A DNA stretch of 64,000 nt from Lepidodermella squamata (Eukaryota > Animalia > Gastrotricha), in NCBI GenBank assembly GCA_047495785.1, contig JBLDXI010000028.1:1178001-1242000 (forward strand). The letters run 5' to 3'. The first letter of the stretch is position 1. Every line of letters starts with the position of its first letter. Position numbers and translations under genes: made by a program. Below the pieces are notes generated by a model. That model saw only the letters and a program-made list of their open reading frames with translations. It had not been told where the DNA came from and did no database searches. This document shows, one piece after another, positions 46,901-61,264 of this stretch.

Positions 46901-49900
46901 CGTGGATCAAAGCGCTAGAATCAGCGACTTCAGCCATGACTTGCGAATCACTGAGGCGCCTCCACCTTAACACGCTAGGCGACGGCGAGGCGGTGGCTTC
47001 ACATCGCAGCACTGCACTCGAGCCTTCAACAACTGAAATCGGGCCTTTTGTGACGGTAAGCTCAGGTGGGTAGAGCACTTCGACGCCGATGGCGATTTCT
47101 TTTTCGCCGACTGAATTCGAAGCCCGGCAGATCAACGTTCCAGCATCGGTGCGTTCGACCCGGAATTGGTAGGCGCCATCACGGGATAAAGTGTGTTCAC
47201 CAGCGCCCATTGGCCCACCCGGTCTGAGCCAGACCAGGCTGCTGACTGGTGGGTTGGCCTTGGCTGAGCAATGGACTGAAGCTGTAGTGCCGAGACGAGC
47301 TCGAAGACGTTCGGGCGGATTGACCGACAGAATTGGAGCATCTAAAAAGTAATTATTACAATACAATTTCCGTCATTTTCTTCGTAGGAATTCAGGCAAT
47401 TAATTTTATCGATTTTTCAATTTATAATCGCGTTTCAAGAGTGTCTGGCAGTGATTGCTTCTTCATCACCAATAGCGTGGTGTCGTCAATTAATTGGACC
47501 GGTCAAGTTGTCTGTGTTGCTTCTCGAGCCCGCAGCGGTGAAGCGCCCGAAGCTCACGTGCCTATCGCGGCGTGACACCTTAAACCGCCTAATTACAACG
47601 AACAAGGCCGCGCGTGCGTTGAAAATCTCAAACACACACCTCTGCCGCGCCTATAATTACGCCAATAATAATAATACTCAACAGTAATAGGCAATTATTT
47701 GCGGCTTTTGTTTGACGACGCAAAACGCGAAAAACGCCGCGCACAAAACACTGTTGCAACTACTAATAATAAAAGTAATAAGCCGCGCTTATTTTTTCCT
47801 GGCGTCGGCCGCCCTACAATAAACAATAGGATGTGATTTGTTGGGCTAAATTGCCGGGGCGCTCAATTTCAATTACTCTAAATTGCGAACGACAACGGAA
47901 GTCGCTTGTTGTTATTATTATTTTTAGCTCACTGCGTCAATAATAACAATAAAAACGTAAAATCAATAAACAACGCTGCTGCTGCTGCTGCTTTACCCAG
48001 ATTTTTTCCCTCCTCCCATTTGAGGAAATTAATTATTCACTATCTTGGAATGCCTCAGTCCGCGGAATTTTTGCGTGTTTGCCGAGGCAAAGGTGAAATT
48101 GACACGGCCGAGCGATAAACACGCGACGTAACAGCCGGCGCCGACACAAGATCGAGCGGCCTTAATTAGGCCGGCTAGCACCTGAGCCCGCTGAAGAGGC
48201 TCTTATGACAACAAAAGACACGCGCGCCGCGCAACGGCAAACATCCTCTCCACCTGCTGCCTGATTTCGCAACACTAAATAAATAAATAATCCCAAAACT
48301 TACATTCAACGCGCAGCGGTTCGACAGCTCGAATCGGAGCGGCGAGCAATTGGTGAGTTACCGAACACACGACGTCCGAAGCGTCGTCGTCGGGCGTTGC
48401 GTAGAAACTGAGTGTCGACCACGTAGCGCCGAATCGCGACGTTTCGCCGGCGATTTGAGCATCGGCGCCGTCGCTGAATTTAACGCCGTTCGAACGTGAC
48501 CAGCCGAGTTGCGGCGCCGGGTTGCCGCCAAAGCTTGAGCAGTTGAAGGTGACACGCTGTCCAGCTCGGATAGACGTAACGTTAGCACCAACTCGCAATA
48601 AAGTTGGCTCAGAAGGCAGGACTAAAAAAATGAGAAACATAATCAATAAAAATTCCTCCTTAATATCTTTTTCTTTCATTTATCTTCAATCTGTTTCTTC
48701 ACATATGTCGGGCGATTTCTTAAAATCATTGCAGATGTTCGGAAGAAGAACAGCCGATTTATATGTCAGATTGCCGCTAATCGGCGTGTCCCTGCGCAGG
48801 ATTTAACGGGGTCGTTTAGCGTTCACTTTGACGCAGCCGACAAAGCGTAACAAAAGTTGATCACTTGCTATTTAATGCGGGGCAGTTCAGTCTGAACTGA
48901 CTCTCGGGGCCAATCTAATTTGACCATCTAGCACGAGCGCGTATGGCGCTTCCGTTCTAATGAATCCGTAATTGATGCATTAATTACACGACAGGGCGCG
49001 TACGCACTGAAATTTCTCGCGGCTTTGACACAATTACGACGGGTCATCATCTCGATAAGAGTAATCCGCGCCGAGTACAAGCCGCCTCATCCGGCACGAC
49101 GCCGGACACTAGACATGACAGCGTCTAATTTCACACGATTTCCGAGCACCGCTGCGCACCGAGCTTCTTCGACTCTCTCCGAATCAGGTGACCCCTATGG
49201 CTTGGGCTCGGTAAACATTGCACAGATAGTTCGTGTTGACTTACAATTAAGTGTTGGCGCGCGCGAAGAAGACGAGGCAGCAAACACACTTAACGCCGAT
49301 GTTTTCATTCGAGCCCGAGTTGCGCAATCAAAGCGGTTAAGCCGCTCCGACCGATCGCGATAATTGCAGGCTGGTGTAATAAAACGGGCTAAATAACAAT
49401 TTGATACAGTCCAGATCCCCGCCGGCGTCTGGAGCTGCACGAGCGCGCTGCCTCAGAGAAATCAGATAACCGGTGCGAGAAGGCGCGCGGCGAGGAAGTG
49501 ATAAACAAAAAGACGGCCAGCAAAATTTTGCTACACCTCGCGGCTAAATTAACAGCTGCGCGAAGAGCGTTGCGTAACGCTACAAATCGGCTCACATTTC
49601 CCTGTCATGTTATTTTTCTTCATCAAACACGTGTGCGAAAAGAAAGATATTTCGCTCGGCCAACAAATCAGGCCAGTGAGTAAACAGCAATAATAATAAT
49701 TGGGCGCGCGCGACGCACGTGTTCTAACAAACAGGAATGTCGGTTTTATTGCCAAGCTGCGCGTATTTATTACTAATGCAGAGATGGGGCTTTTAGATAG
49801 CGCTAATAATGCACATCGATAAGGCAGGTAGGTAGGCATTGTGTGTGTCAACACGCGTATTTGAACTGCTATCGACCCGGCCGGGGCCAAATGGCAGAAA

Positions 49901-50643
49901 CTTTCGGTCTGCAGCTGCGAATTCAAGTGGGCCAGACGACCGACTGACTGACTAAACCCGAAAAACAACCGATAAGGCAGGCTTGGCTGGGGGTGATCAA
50001 GAGAGGACAAATACACGCAGCGGCTATCAGCACGACCCCGGGACCTAAATCGGACACTCAACGGAGGCGCGGCGTTTGAGATGAGGATACAACAATAACT
50101 ACTAGACAACCCGCTGACAAGTCACGCCCGGTGAAACATGCCTATCAACACGCATTTCCCACGGCGTTTTCAATGAATAAATGAAATGAAAAAAAATAAC
50201 AACTACTCACCAAGAACTGTCAATTTCGCCTCGGCCCACGGGTTGCTGCCGACCTTGCAGATGTAAACGGCTTCGTCGTCACGAGTCACATTAGCAATGA
50301 CTAAATTAAGATGGCCGAGCGATGTTATCCGCGGGCTCAATTCATGGCTCCGTAACAAAACGCCGTTACCACTAAACGAAACGAAAAAAAACTAATTAGC
50401 AAAGAAAATGAGATGAATAGCTGAATCTTACCCAGTCAAAAGCATGTTCATATCAGTAGAGGACTGGCTGTCGTATCGCACATTCCAAGTGACGACTACA
50501 GCCGGATTTGAGACGTTGCAGGTGAAGGTGACAGTTTCGCCCTCGACCGCCACCTGATCGACAGGTTTCGTGTACGAATAGTTAGCAACGCTAACCGCTG
50601 TCAGCAACAAAACAGGTACAATGAAGCGGCAGCGATTAAACAT
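43961..50643 (-). CDS. Echinoid/IGCM-1-like cell-adhesion receptor: signal peptide, 7 Ig, 2 FN3, TM, PDZ-binding tail
   Basis: Exons about 50643-50432, 50371-50211, 48621-48304, 47341-46830, about 46570-45836, 45625-43961; DxGxYxC Ig motifs, WRPGFDGG FN3, TM LILGVAAGIAATVILLLVSIIVVC, C-terminus RRVRYEVVV like echinoid RVIREIIV. Confidence 0.85.
46595..46803. repeat. Degenerate (A)GATCAAA minisatellite in an intron
   Basis: Many GATCA(A/G)A units visible. Confidence 0.6.
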
Positions 50644-53600
50644 CGCGTTTCAATAAAAAACGCGCTCGAGATGAATAATAAATTACACGTTGTTTTTCTT
50701 TAAAAAGCGAAACAAGTCATAAAAATAATGTAAAAATTAAGCTGGATTTTTCACAATAAAAGTGAAACTCGACAACGCGACGCGAGAAGCTGTGACATTT
50801 TGGGAGTTGTGGGTGTGAAGATATCGAGTGACTGGAATACATTATAATGATATCACTATAGAAAAAGAAGCTGTCTATTTCAATAAATTCTCAGCTACAA
50901 CTAGGTCATAATAATAATAAACAAGTCGGGCGCTCATTTCGTGGAATGTGTATGTCGGCGACTAATTTGAAAGTCGAGCGACGAAATTTCGAGCTTGACC
51001 TATTTAGCCACGAGAGCAATTAAGGCAAAAATTTTTGGGCGGTTGCCCAGCACACACACACACATGCATGCAAATAACGGCGATACTGCGCGCACACGAC
51101 TGTTTCACAACGCACATATGTATCTCGACGCTGATTGGCCAGGCCGGCCTGATAATTATGCGCGTGCGCGTTTCATCGATTTGTTTACCCGAGGTCAGTG
51201 AGCGAGCTGCTTGCTATGTACTATTACTACTCTTACCAGCTCGGGAGTGGTGGTTCTAAGTAACAAGACGACAACGGAGAAAATGTCTCGCCGGCGTTGT
51301 TGTCGGCCTCATTACGATAGAAGAAGATGCGGCTAAGGCATTTATCTATTTGCTACTTTATTTGCGAGTGTCGCGTAACAAAAACCAACCCGCCCTGTTT
51401 ATTGCCGCGCGTGTCTGCCTCAAAAGGGCGGCCAAAAAATTAGACTCGGCTATAATTATTCTACACATGCAAATAAAAATAAACGAGGGCCAAGCCTGGC
51501 GACGATGATGAAGAAAAATTACTTTATGAAAGAGAAGGCGCAAATATTTAGAAAAATCTACCTGCGAGGCTTTTCACACACAGAGCGCAAAAAGCGCACG
51601 TGGAAAATTATCGCGTTAATAATGCGCACGAGCGTAAACAATAATTTTTTGAAATATTGAGACGACTATTATACTTATACTTAGATACGTATACCTGCCG
51701 CGTAAAACGCACCTTTACTTAGTATACGAAAAAAGAGTAAATATTTTATAAAACCCAAGTTGAATTAATTTTAGCCAAATGTTAAAATGCAACAACTAGT
51801 AGCTGCTGGCAGCATTTTGCGCGGTCGTTGTGAAAATTGAGCTTGAACAGCAAACAACGCGGAGAACCATTTGGCGCCGAGCGCGGTTAAACACTCGTCA
51901 GGCGCCACCTTAACAACGGGGGCGCGTCGTAACTGTGTCGTTTGACAACAGCAGGCGTGCTTGTTAGAGCGTTTCTTGTCAAGTAGGGCCCATCGTCCAG
52001 GAAAATGGATATCCTGAGCGCGTTTCTCAATGGCACTTGAGCGTTAAGTGAAGGGTTAATTACTTGCTTTAAAAGCCACTGACTAAACAATTGAGGCCAT
52101 GCGTGGGCCTCATGTTCTTGTTCCAGGGTGCGGTGATAAAATTAACGCAAACAAATTTCACGCACGCATCTCTCTCTCTTGAAATGGTGATAATTTCTGA
52201 GCAAATTTGCCAATTGCATTTTCAAAGGCAACATTTGGCTCGGCTGCCATTTCCGAGATATTTCGGTTAGGCAACCTCATAGATACTTAGTGAATAGGAA
52301 TAGCTGCTCCATTTCTTTGGAAGGGCGATATATTCAGAATCGATCAGGAATGCTGAGAAGGGACTATAAATGAATTCTTTCCAAAATGTATACCAGCGGA
52401 AAATAAGACCGCATTGAGTCAGATAATTACTTTTCCTATAGCACCCAAAAACGCCCAGTAAAAGTGGCAAGTGGGAATGGACGAAACTTCGAAGCTTCTT
52501 CAACCATCTAAAAATGATTTCCATCTAAAGATTAGGCTGGGACAAGCCAAACTGAGCTTTATATAAATTTTTAGGTATCTCTGTATCGAGGAGCACCATC
52601 TCCAAGCGATTTTTCAAAGACTGAAAATTACAATTTGCTATTTTTCGGGCTCAATTCTTTCAAGTTGGAGCTTTGAAATATAAAGATAACGAATTGAGTC
52701 CTAGGTTCATCAAATTTCAAGGTCAAAGGAAGGTAAAAACCTATTGTAATGAATAGTGGCAAGTGTGTGGATTGTGGATATATCTTCCTGGTATGTAACA
52801 GTTTTCATGATTTTGCGTTTGTTTTCGATTTTCCAAGGCTGTAGATCCTAAATTGAGTCATAGAAAGGCAAAATAGCTAGCTACCTTAAATCTCAAGATC
52901 AACAAGAAGAACTGCCCAACGATGATCTGAGCATTCGAGTTAGCTATAGGAATCTAGCTCAAACTTAAAAAGCTAGAAGCTTCTCACCAGCTTTCAAGAA
53001 GGATGGAAGCATAATGAAGGTTTCATAAGTGTCTATTCACAATCCACGAGAAAATCTGTCGAAAAAGGGTAAAAAGGAATCGCCAAGATCCAAGTCGAAG
53101 AAATTCGTACCCCTTTCAATTTATGATGAAAGATGGGACTGAAGTCATAACGCTCAGTGAGGAGAAAAAATTACGAACATGTTATTCTTTAGATTATTTA
53201 GATTGAAGGGAAAAAAGTACCAAAATGAAATGGCCTTAATCGCTCTAAAAATTAAAGGGGCGAGGGACGAAATCCCGATGAATCCGGATATTAAAAGCGA
53301 TTCTAGAATAATTGCTTTCGCCGTTGAAAACGTGTATAAACCAGATTCAGAGCAGATTAAATATCGTTTTGATCTAACGATCGGAACGCAGCACTTTTTT
53401 ATGGCGGCTAAAGGTGTGTGGCAAACAGATGACCTGCAAATCTGTTTTTCCCATTTTAATGGCCAAGTGATGGTGTGGATTTTAATTAAGCAAGAATAAA
53501 AACACAGGTATAATATTAATGAGTAAGCGGCGCTAAAAGCCACAAATGTGCCGGATGTTTTCAGGCAATAAAAATCTGGCCCGACATATTGCACCCGTCG

Positions 53601-54462
53601 GTGCGTGACCCAAAAAATAATGAGCGCCGCGCCGCGCCAAAATATGCGCAATAAAAAGTTTCATGAAATAATCTGACCCATACACACTGATCAAGTGTTA
53701 TATCGCGTAAATGAATTACCGGCAAAGTGACCGGTAGCAAATTCGTAGTTTGGCAGGAATAAAAAACATATAGGGTGACCAAAGCGTGGAACGGACGCGC
53801 TCGGGTGAGTGCGCGGCGCCCCGATTTATATTATTACACGCATCCGGTACTAGGCCGAATATACACACGTCTTAATAATCGTAATGTAATATTTTCCAGA
53901 GCACTACATCAATCAAATTGCGATGCGTTTGTATATTATACTACATACATGAAGCCGAGATGCATTATACAGACTTCGATATGTTGTTTGTTGTTGTTGT
54001 TGTTGTGTTTCGTGTTTTGTGGTCAGTCATCGGCGTCATTACTAAGTATTTTCTTAGGCCAAGTAAATTATATGTATAAAAGGGTGGAACTAATGCGCGA
54101 AAATAAATGCGCGCTAAGAGATGCCGCGCCACGCTTCGAGTGCGATGATAATGATTGAGACCAAGCCGCAAAAATTAACAAGTGCACTAGAGACGTGGTC
54201 CTTTATTCGCTTATTAATAATAAATAATTATCTATTTGTAAGAAAACAAGATTTTTTCGAAGATTTAAAGACCTAGATGGAACGAATAAGCAAACGAAGT
54301 TGAGTCGATTGATATATGTCTCTAAGTACGTCCCAAAAACTCGGAAATAGCCGTTTTTATAAGATTTAATATTTTATGACTTGTTTCGCACTGGAGAAAT
54401 AATTTTTCGGTAACAAACATGTAAGTCGCGCAAAAACAGTAGCGAAATTGAGGGTGACTTAC

Positions 54463-55796
54463 GAGGCTGAACGACGAAACGTCGCGGGGCTGCCGAGCTG
54501 GTTGCGCCGAGTTCGTTCTTGTAAAAACACGTCCACGACTCGCCAACGTCTTCGCCAGCTTCGGTTTGCGCACTCCGACCGCGTTGCTGTTGCCTGTTGC
54601 TTGCGCGCGACGACGGTGACGTTTTAATTACCATTTCACGCTGACCTGCAATTATTGTTTACATGCCAAAAAAACAACTTGTTAAAAAACCGCAAGTTTA
54701 CGTAACATTTAAGTTGATGAAAAATATTGACAAATATAAGTGGAAAAATTATTTGTTATGAAGTAAAAAATGAAGTAAAATGAGCAGATACCATTAAAAT
54801 GATACCCAACATAAAAAAATTCCAAAAAATAAATGAAAAATTAACTAAATTGAGACAAAAAATCCAACTGAAGCGAAATTTTAGAAAAAAAATTGAAGTT
54901 TTTCTCACCTGTACAACATTCGCCGGTGTCATCCTGACCACGTCGCCATCTCCAAACTGGAATAGCCGGTGGCCACCCGGGATCACCGATCAGGTGGCAC
55001 TGAAGCGATACGGCCTGGCCTTCTGTAAAAAATTCCAATTAAATCTCTCTTCAAATAAATTATTGTCAGAACGCTAACCTGTAACGAAGTAGTTATCGTT
55101 CGAAGATTCGGGTAACAACATTGGGGCTCCAACAGGGGCGTAGGCAATCCGCAAACGGGTCACATGTCGCCACACAATGCGCTCATTAAAAAGCAACTCG
55201 CACTCGAACACACCTGAAGAAAAAATAAATTAATTGCGCGTGGGAAAATAGTTCAAATTCGTTTATTTTTCGCGTATTTAGACACATATATATCCGGAAC
55301 GAGGGCAATGTGGCGAATCGAATGGTATATAACTCTAATTACGTAAAATTTCGTCGACAAATTCGATTTTTTTCACGGTTCATTGCGTAATTTAATTTTT
55401 TTGGTCTCGTTGTTTACCTGCATCGTAGCGTGACGCTTTCGGGATGTCCAAGTTGAGTTGGCCCTGGTGTTCATTTGACAGAATCGTGACGTTGTTGCGC
55501 AACCAGCGCATCGAATAACCGCGGTAATCGGCTATCGACGGCGCGAGTGTGGCGGCAAATCGGCTGGCACGTGGCGCCGCGGCTCGGTGGTCGCACGCCA
55601 GCGAAACGGGTTCATACTCGCGAGCCGTTACCTGATCGATGCCCCCTCCGCTTTGAAGGGCAGGTGTTTGGACGGCGGCAACGGCGGTGGGTGACAGCAC
55701 CAAAATGACACCCGTCACCACAAGGCTGAGCAGAAGGCGACATACACCTGGATTGTCGTCAAAATGTAACGGATTATAGTTGTGTAATAAAATCAT
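54463..55796 (-). CDS. Hydrophobic leader plus two Ig domains: alternative 5' module of the echinoid-like gene, or a separate gene
   Basis: Exons about 55796-55419, 55213-55079, 55023-54910, 54645-54463; VSLAC..MRWLRN..YDAGVFEC and VSLQC..GWPP..VWRW..WTCFYKNELG. Confidence 0.7.
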
Positions 55797-58700
55797 CTAT
55801 AAGTCAGAGTTCGAAAATGGAAATCAAATAATTTTTACGGGCGCGACGTAACTTCCTGAACGTCGGAAAACGAACGGCTGTAAAAACATGTACGACGTGT
55901 GAAAACACGGCGGCTTTGCTCACTGGATAACTAACGGTCGAGTTAGGGTAAACAAAAACATACGAGGCTATATTCATCGGCTCATCCCTTATATCTATCG
56001 ATGATGTGTGTGCTTAGAGGCCGATGTGGTCACTCTCACGGCCTGACGATGACATGTTGTTGACGTTTCGACACCCGTGCGGTTGTAGCAAATGGGGCCT
56101 GATATTATTGCCGTTATCGGCGCCTATACTCAATAATAATGTTTAGCTCTACATCTAGTCGAGTGTTGTCAAGACGTTTATCGAGTTGTTTGTCACAAAC
56201 ATGTTGGCCAACAACTGCTGACGGGCCGTGTAAACCCCAATATAACCGATAAAAGGTCGCCAACATCTGCACTTGCGGTTTCAGATAAAGTTGAAGAGAA
56301 CAAAATCAGACAAATTCGAAAATACGAATCCCGAAAATATCTAATAATACCTAAATAAAAATTTAATAGCGAGCAAAATTATATAAAAAAAATAAAGAAA
56401 AAATGCAAAAATATTCAGTAAAATTTTGGATTCGATCTAAATATTCTAAAAAAATTGAAAAAAACGAAAATGAAAACTATGGAGCCAAAGGTGCAAGCTT
56501 CACACCTGCGCAAATTTGCAAAATATTGGTCACTTTTCAATGGCTTTCACGAAAATAGAAAGCAATCAGATCCGGGAATCACTCGGGAATTTCGCAGCTC
56601 ACGTTTGTGTACTTTCATTATTTTTGAAATTACCTTTGAAATTCCTAAAATCCTCTCTAAATTCCAAGCCTAATAACTAACTTTGGCTGGATCAAGGTGG
56701 ATTTAAAAAAAAATCCGCCTTAATTTAAACAAATTATTGATGCCCTGTACCAAGTTTCTCAGCACCCCTTATCGAATAGCATAGCGAAGCTCTGACCTGA
56801 TTTTGTATGTCCCCTTTTATTTATTTGAACGGATAAAAATAATATATTTTTACCTTGGTTTGATGCTATCCAAATGCCTGATTGTAACGGCATTACAAGC
56901 TGAATATTCGCAAATAAAAAAGGATTTATGGATCAATCAAGACCCAATCAGTCTCGATAAATCGGCTTTAATATTAACAGGATTAATAATTTTTCTACAA
57001 AAATGCGCGAAAAATTGTAACGAAATTATGAATAATAATAACGCGAATAAAAGTGACGTTGAATTATCGCGAGCTAATAACGCGCAATGATGATGCTGGC
57101 AGCAGACAAATGAATGAAGTCGTCGTCGGCATGATGAGTCACCGTGTTGCGGCTTGTTGCGCTTCGAGCGACATTCAAGAGAGGCGTAAAGTATTTCGCG
57201 CGCCGGCAAGGCGACGGATAGGAACTAAGTACTGCGCGCGCGTTAATACTTATAATATTCGTCTTCATTTCGAGAGGTCGCGACCAGCGCGAAAGAGAGA
57301 CAAGCGATTTCTCCGCTCGCACTTGGTGTTTGTATAAAAGATCGAGGCGCAAGAATTTTCAAGCTAAATCCCGAACACGCATCACAAAGGAGCCGCCATG
57401 AAATTTTAATAAAGGCGGACGTGATCGCGCCTTGGCAGGAGCCGATTGACACCGCGAGAAAGGGTCATCTAAGGCTATACTACCATTCTAATCTCCCACG
57501 CCCATATTCTCTATATACACAAAAATAATGGCCAGTGTTTTAAATAGTAATGAATTCATCGTAAAAGGAATTAAACGCAGCTGCTGGCCTCGGGAATTTA
57601 TTTTTGAACTACATGCATCTCGCCAGGATCGATGATGCCGAGGAGTTGGGTAAAGTAAATAACGAGAGGCTGACGGATGATTCACCCGTCCTGCTTGCTG
57701 CAAGGTGCCACGAGACACGAAGCCTAAACAAAGTAGTAGCAGGCAGTGTCACCTATATGCGTATGGGTAAACATTAAGACGGCCAAAGTCTTATAATATG
57801 ATTGCGATAGTCGCGAAAATATTGTTGCGACTTGGGAGTCTCGCGACTCGCGTCCAACAACACGCCGCGGAGCAATAATAATCAAGCGTGTACGGAAATC
57901 GACTCGAACTCGCGGTTATATTCGTAGCAATTAATGACTGAACGAGAGACTGATGATGGCGACTGGCGATTTTTAGCTGTTGTTATTAGCCATTATTGGC
58001 TCGGTCAAACGGCGCCATAATAAGCTGCTGCTGTTGCTGGTCCGTCGAGGCGCGGAGTCAGTCACCCTGTGTTGTTAAATCAAATTAATTGACAAGCAGC
58101 GCCTCCGCTAAAATCGCCATCATTGCTGCGCGCTACACTTGGGTTCATTTGTCTGGGACATTCTTATAGTTCAGTACAAAATCTAAGCATGGCTAAAATT
58201 AGAAAAAAATTACTACGACGAAATATACCCATGAGGATAAAATTTCGTAATACGATAACTATATTAGGCATGTTGCGTGCCGGTAAAAAAAATAAAATAT
58301 CCAATATATAAATAATATTTATAATACGCTAAAAATTCTGGGAAAATTGTCAAAAAAATTAAGCTGGATGTTCAATGATATTAATGTGGGATTATGGCCT
58401 GTATTAGAATATAGGGACAGTTGGAACCGAAAATTGCGCAAGTAATATTATGAGTTCATCGCCGGTTGATCGCCTTTTTTGCGCGGCTTGCAACGGCGAC
58501 ACGGCGACGCACCGGCGGCGCAGGTTATGCGCAGGTGACCCCGGCGACACGTCGCGCGCCGCGGCTTTGTGATGCGCGGCGGAAGAACGGAATAGTACCT
58601 GCGAAGAAGCAGAAGAAGATGGACAGCGACGACTATACAACCATCGTCATCATCATCATCAACGCCGCAGCCACAGTGTGAAAACAATGAAGTTCGAGTC

Positions 58701-60157
58701 GAAATACTTTTCTAGTACTATATCTTGATGGTTTGCGGGTACTTGGTACCACCAATATAGTCAACAGCCGCTCTTTCTCATCCGTCATTCCGTAGTCATA
58801 AAGACTTGCGCATATGACAGCGACGCGAGCCGCGCGACAATGGCGTTATTATTGTTATATGGCGTGTTAAATATTATTGGTCTTGGTGGCTGAGGTGTGG
58901 CGAAGAAGAGAGCAACTCGGCACCTTACCAGACATCATCAAAAATTTCTCGTGCGCTGCACCGGGACGCCATTAGCTATTCGGCGCTGTGTCCTCGGTCC
59001 CTCGCTCTCTTGCTCGCTCGCTCTGCTCTATCGTGTCACCGGTAATAATCTGATGGCCGGCTGAGAGAGTGGCCTAAAAACCGCAGCAACAGCTGTGCAT
59101 GGCTTCATTAAACTTTCATTACAATATCGCGAGGCGATAACGACTTGAACGAAGGCCTACCGAGCTGCCTGTGCGCCTAGACGTAAACATCAACAACGCC
59201 GCGAAAAATCGTAATTAATTCAATATAGTACCTAAATCGGGCGCTTCACGGGCCGTTGAAAAACTCGTGACGCTCGACTTGCAAAAATGTGAAAATAAAC
59301 GACGTGGGGTATGGCCGATCTGAGGTTGGCTGGGAGTGTGAAAATTCGTGTTGGAATAAGTGGCTCGTTTACTAGTCGAAATGTTGTTTTTGTTGCGTCG
59401 TATAGCAGTGGTGGTGGGTTATCGCGCCTTCGATTGCGTGTGCGCGCGCGCACGCCTCACCAATTTGCGCGCGACGAACGCACCCGCGATCTAATAACTA
59501 AATTGCGCGCACGGGACCCGGACACGCCGTTACGAAGCCGGCCCGGGTGGCCGTTTTACGTCTTAGACGGCTTATACGACTAAATCTCACCGGAAATTGA
59601 TGAGATGGAATTAATGCACAGACTCGATTATAACTCGCTAGCCCTGATATATTTGATTGAACGAACGAACGAAATATACCGGAAAACAAACAAACTGGTG
59701 GTCGGAAATTTAACAAAAACACATGGCCAGGAAATGATGACCCGCGTTACGTCACGCCATTTTCTCGCCCGCCGCTGCCTTTGACCCTAATGGCAATTTA
59801 ACGATTCGGCTCCGCTGCCAGATTCGCCTCAAATCACGCACATGTTCCGTCATTAAGAGCCAAGGCCCCGGCCCGCCGGTAATTACCCCGCCCGATATAC
59901 ACCGTTTTAAATCGTTTATTATATATATATATATTGGAAATTCACCGTTATTGTCAAATAAATACACAAGAAGAGCCGCGAGAGTGAGAGAAAGCGAAAG
60001 AGAGAGAGCAAGGCTTTTGTTTCGTTGTTTGGCCTCCGGATTATTAAGGCGGATGACTTAGCAGCAGTAAATTGCACGCACATGTGCGTAAATCAGTCAA
60101 TTATTACAGGATTATCACTACCCAGTAGCTTAACATTTCGAACACATCTCGTGAGAG

Positions 60158-61264
60158 TAAGGCAATGTATCAATTATACGCGGAATTGAATAGATTTTTT
60201 ATTTTGAATTATTTTAAAATCATGGCATCCTTGAAAGTTTCGAAAAGTGGCATTCCCATTGAAAATTCCAAAATTTGGTTCCGCTAAAAGTAAGACGCAA
60301 TAATTAGTAGCCAAATTCTCCAAAGATATTCTCGTGTAAGGCCTCGTGATTACTTTGAGAACCCTTCTCAGTCATGTTTTAACAAAAAATTTCAAATTGT
60401 GAATGATATTTTGTATTCTGAATTAATTTTCTTAATTATTAGGGGCTGGTTATTCGATCGTTCCATTTCGTGGTCGGTCATTTCAGGCAGGCGGTCCATG
60501 ACGGGTTGGAAGGTGAGCCAGTGGAAGAGCCAGGATGAGAGAATGACGTCGAGCACGGAAGTAGAGGCGTCTTGCAGGGCGACGATTTCGCTGTAGGTCC
60601 AACGCGTCAGTTGAGCGGCGACATCGCGGCCGGTGCGCAGGCGGCGAGCGGCGACTTGCAGCAGTTCACTTGATGAGCCTTTCGTGTAGGTGTCCTGGCA
60701 AAACAACAAATAAATTAACATCTCGGGTATATAAAAACAGGAGAATAAAAAATGAGCTGGAAGCAGCAAAATATATCGTCTACAGCCTAATTTTTGTGGC
60801 TTCTATTTTCTATAACGCATACAAAAATGAAAACTGGACGCACTCATTTTCGAAAAAGCAGGTCGTAAAATTAAGAAAAAATCGGCCAAAAATAGGAAAA
60901 AAGCATGAGAACAACTTGGACCACCATAAACAATGAGACATTTACTTGGATTTTTGCAACTATTTCAATAAAATTGTCCCTAATAATTAAGAAAATTAAT
61001 TCAGAATACAAAATATCATTCACAATTTGAAATTTTTTGTTAAAACATGACTGAGAAGGGTTCTCAAAGTAATCACGAGGCCTTACACGAGAATATCTTT
61101 GGAGAATTTGGCTACTAATTATTGCGTCTTACTTTTAGCGGAACCAAATTTTGGAATTTTCAATGGGAATGCCACTTTTCGAAACTTTCAAGGATGCCAT
61201 GATTTTAAAATAATTCAAAATAAAAAATCTATTCAATTCCGCGTATAATTGATACATTGCCTTA
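60158..61264. repeat. 287-bp inverted repeat bracketing the last perilipin exon
   Basis: 60158-60444 is the reverse complement of 60978-61264; 533-bp spacer. Confidence 0.92.

Noticed and set aside
52200-53650. ORFs 53179-53499 and 53154-53651 and nearby coding-like DNA
   Set aside because: No motifs or splice-consistent model; possibly decayed repeat
56400-60100. Many short ORFs in CG-rich intergenic DNA
   Set aside because: No domain signatures; more likely regulatory DNA upstream of the receptor gene
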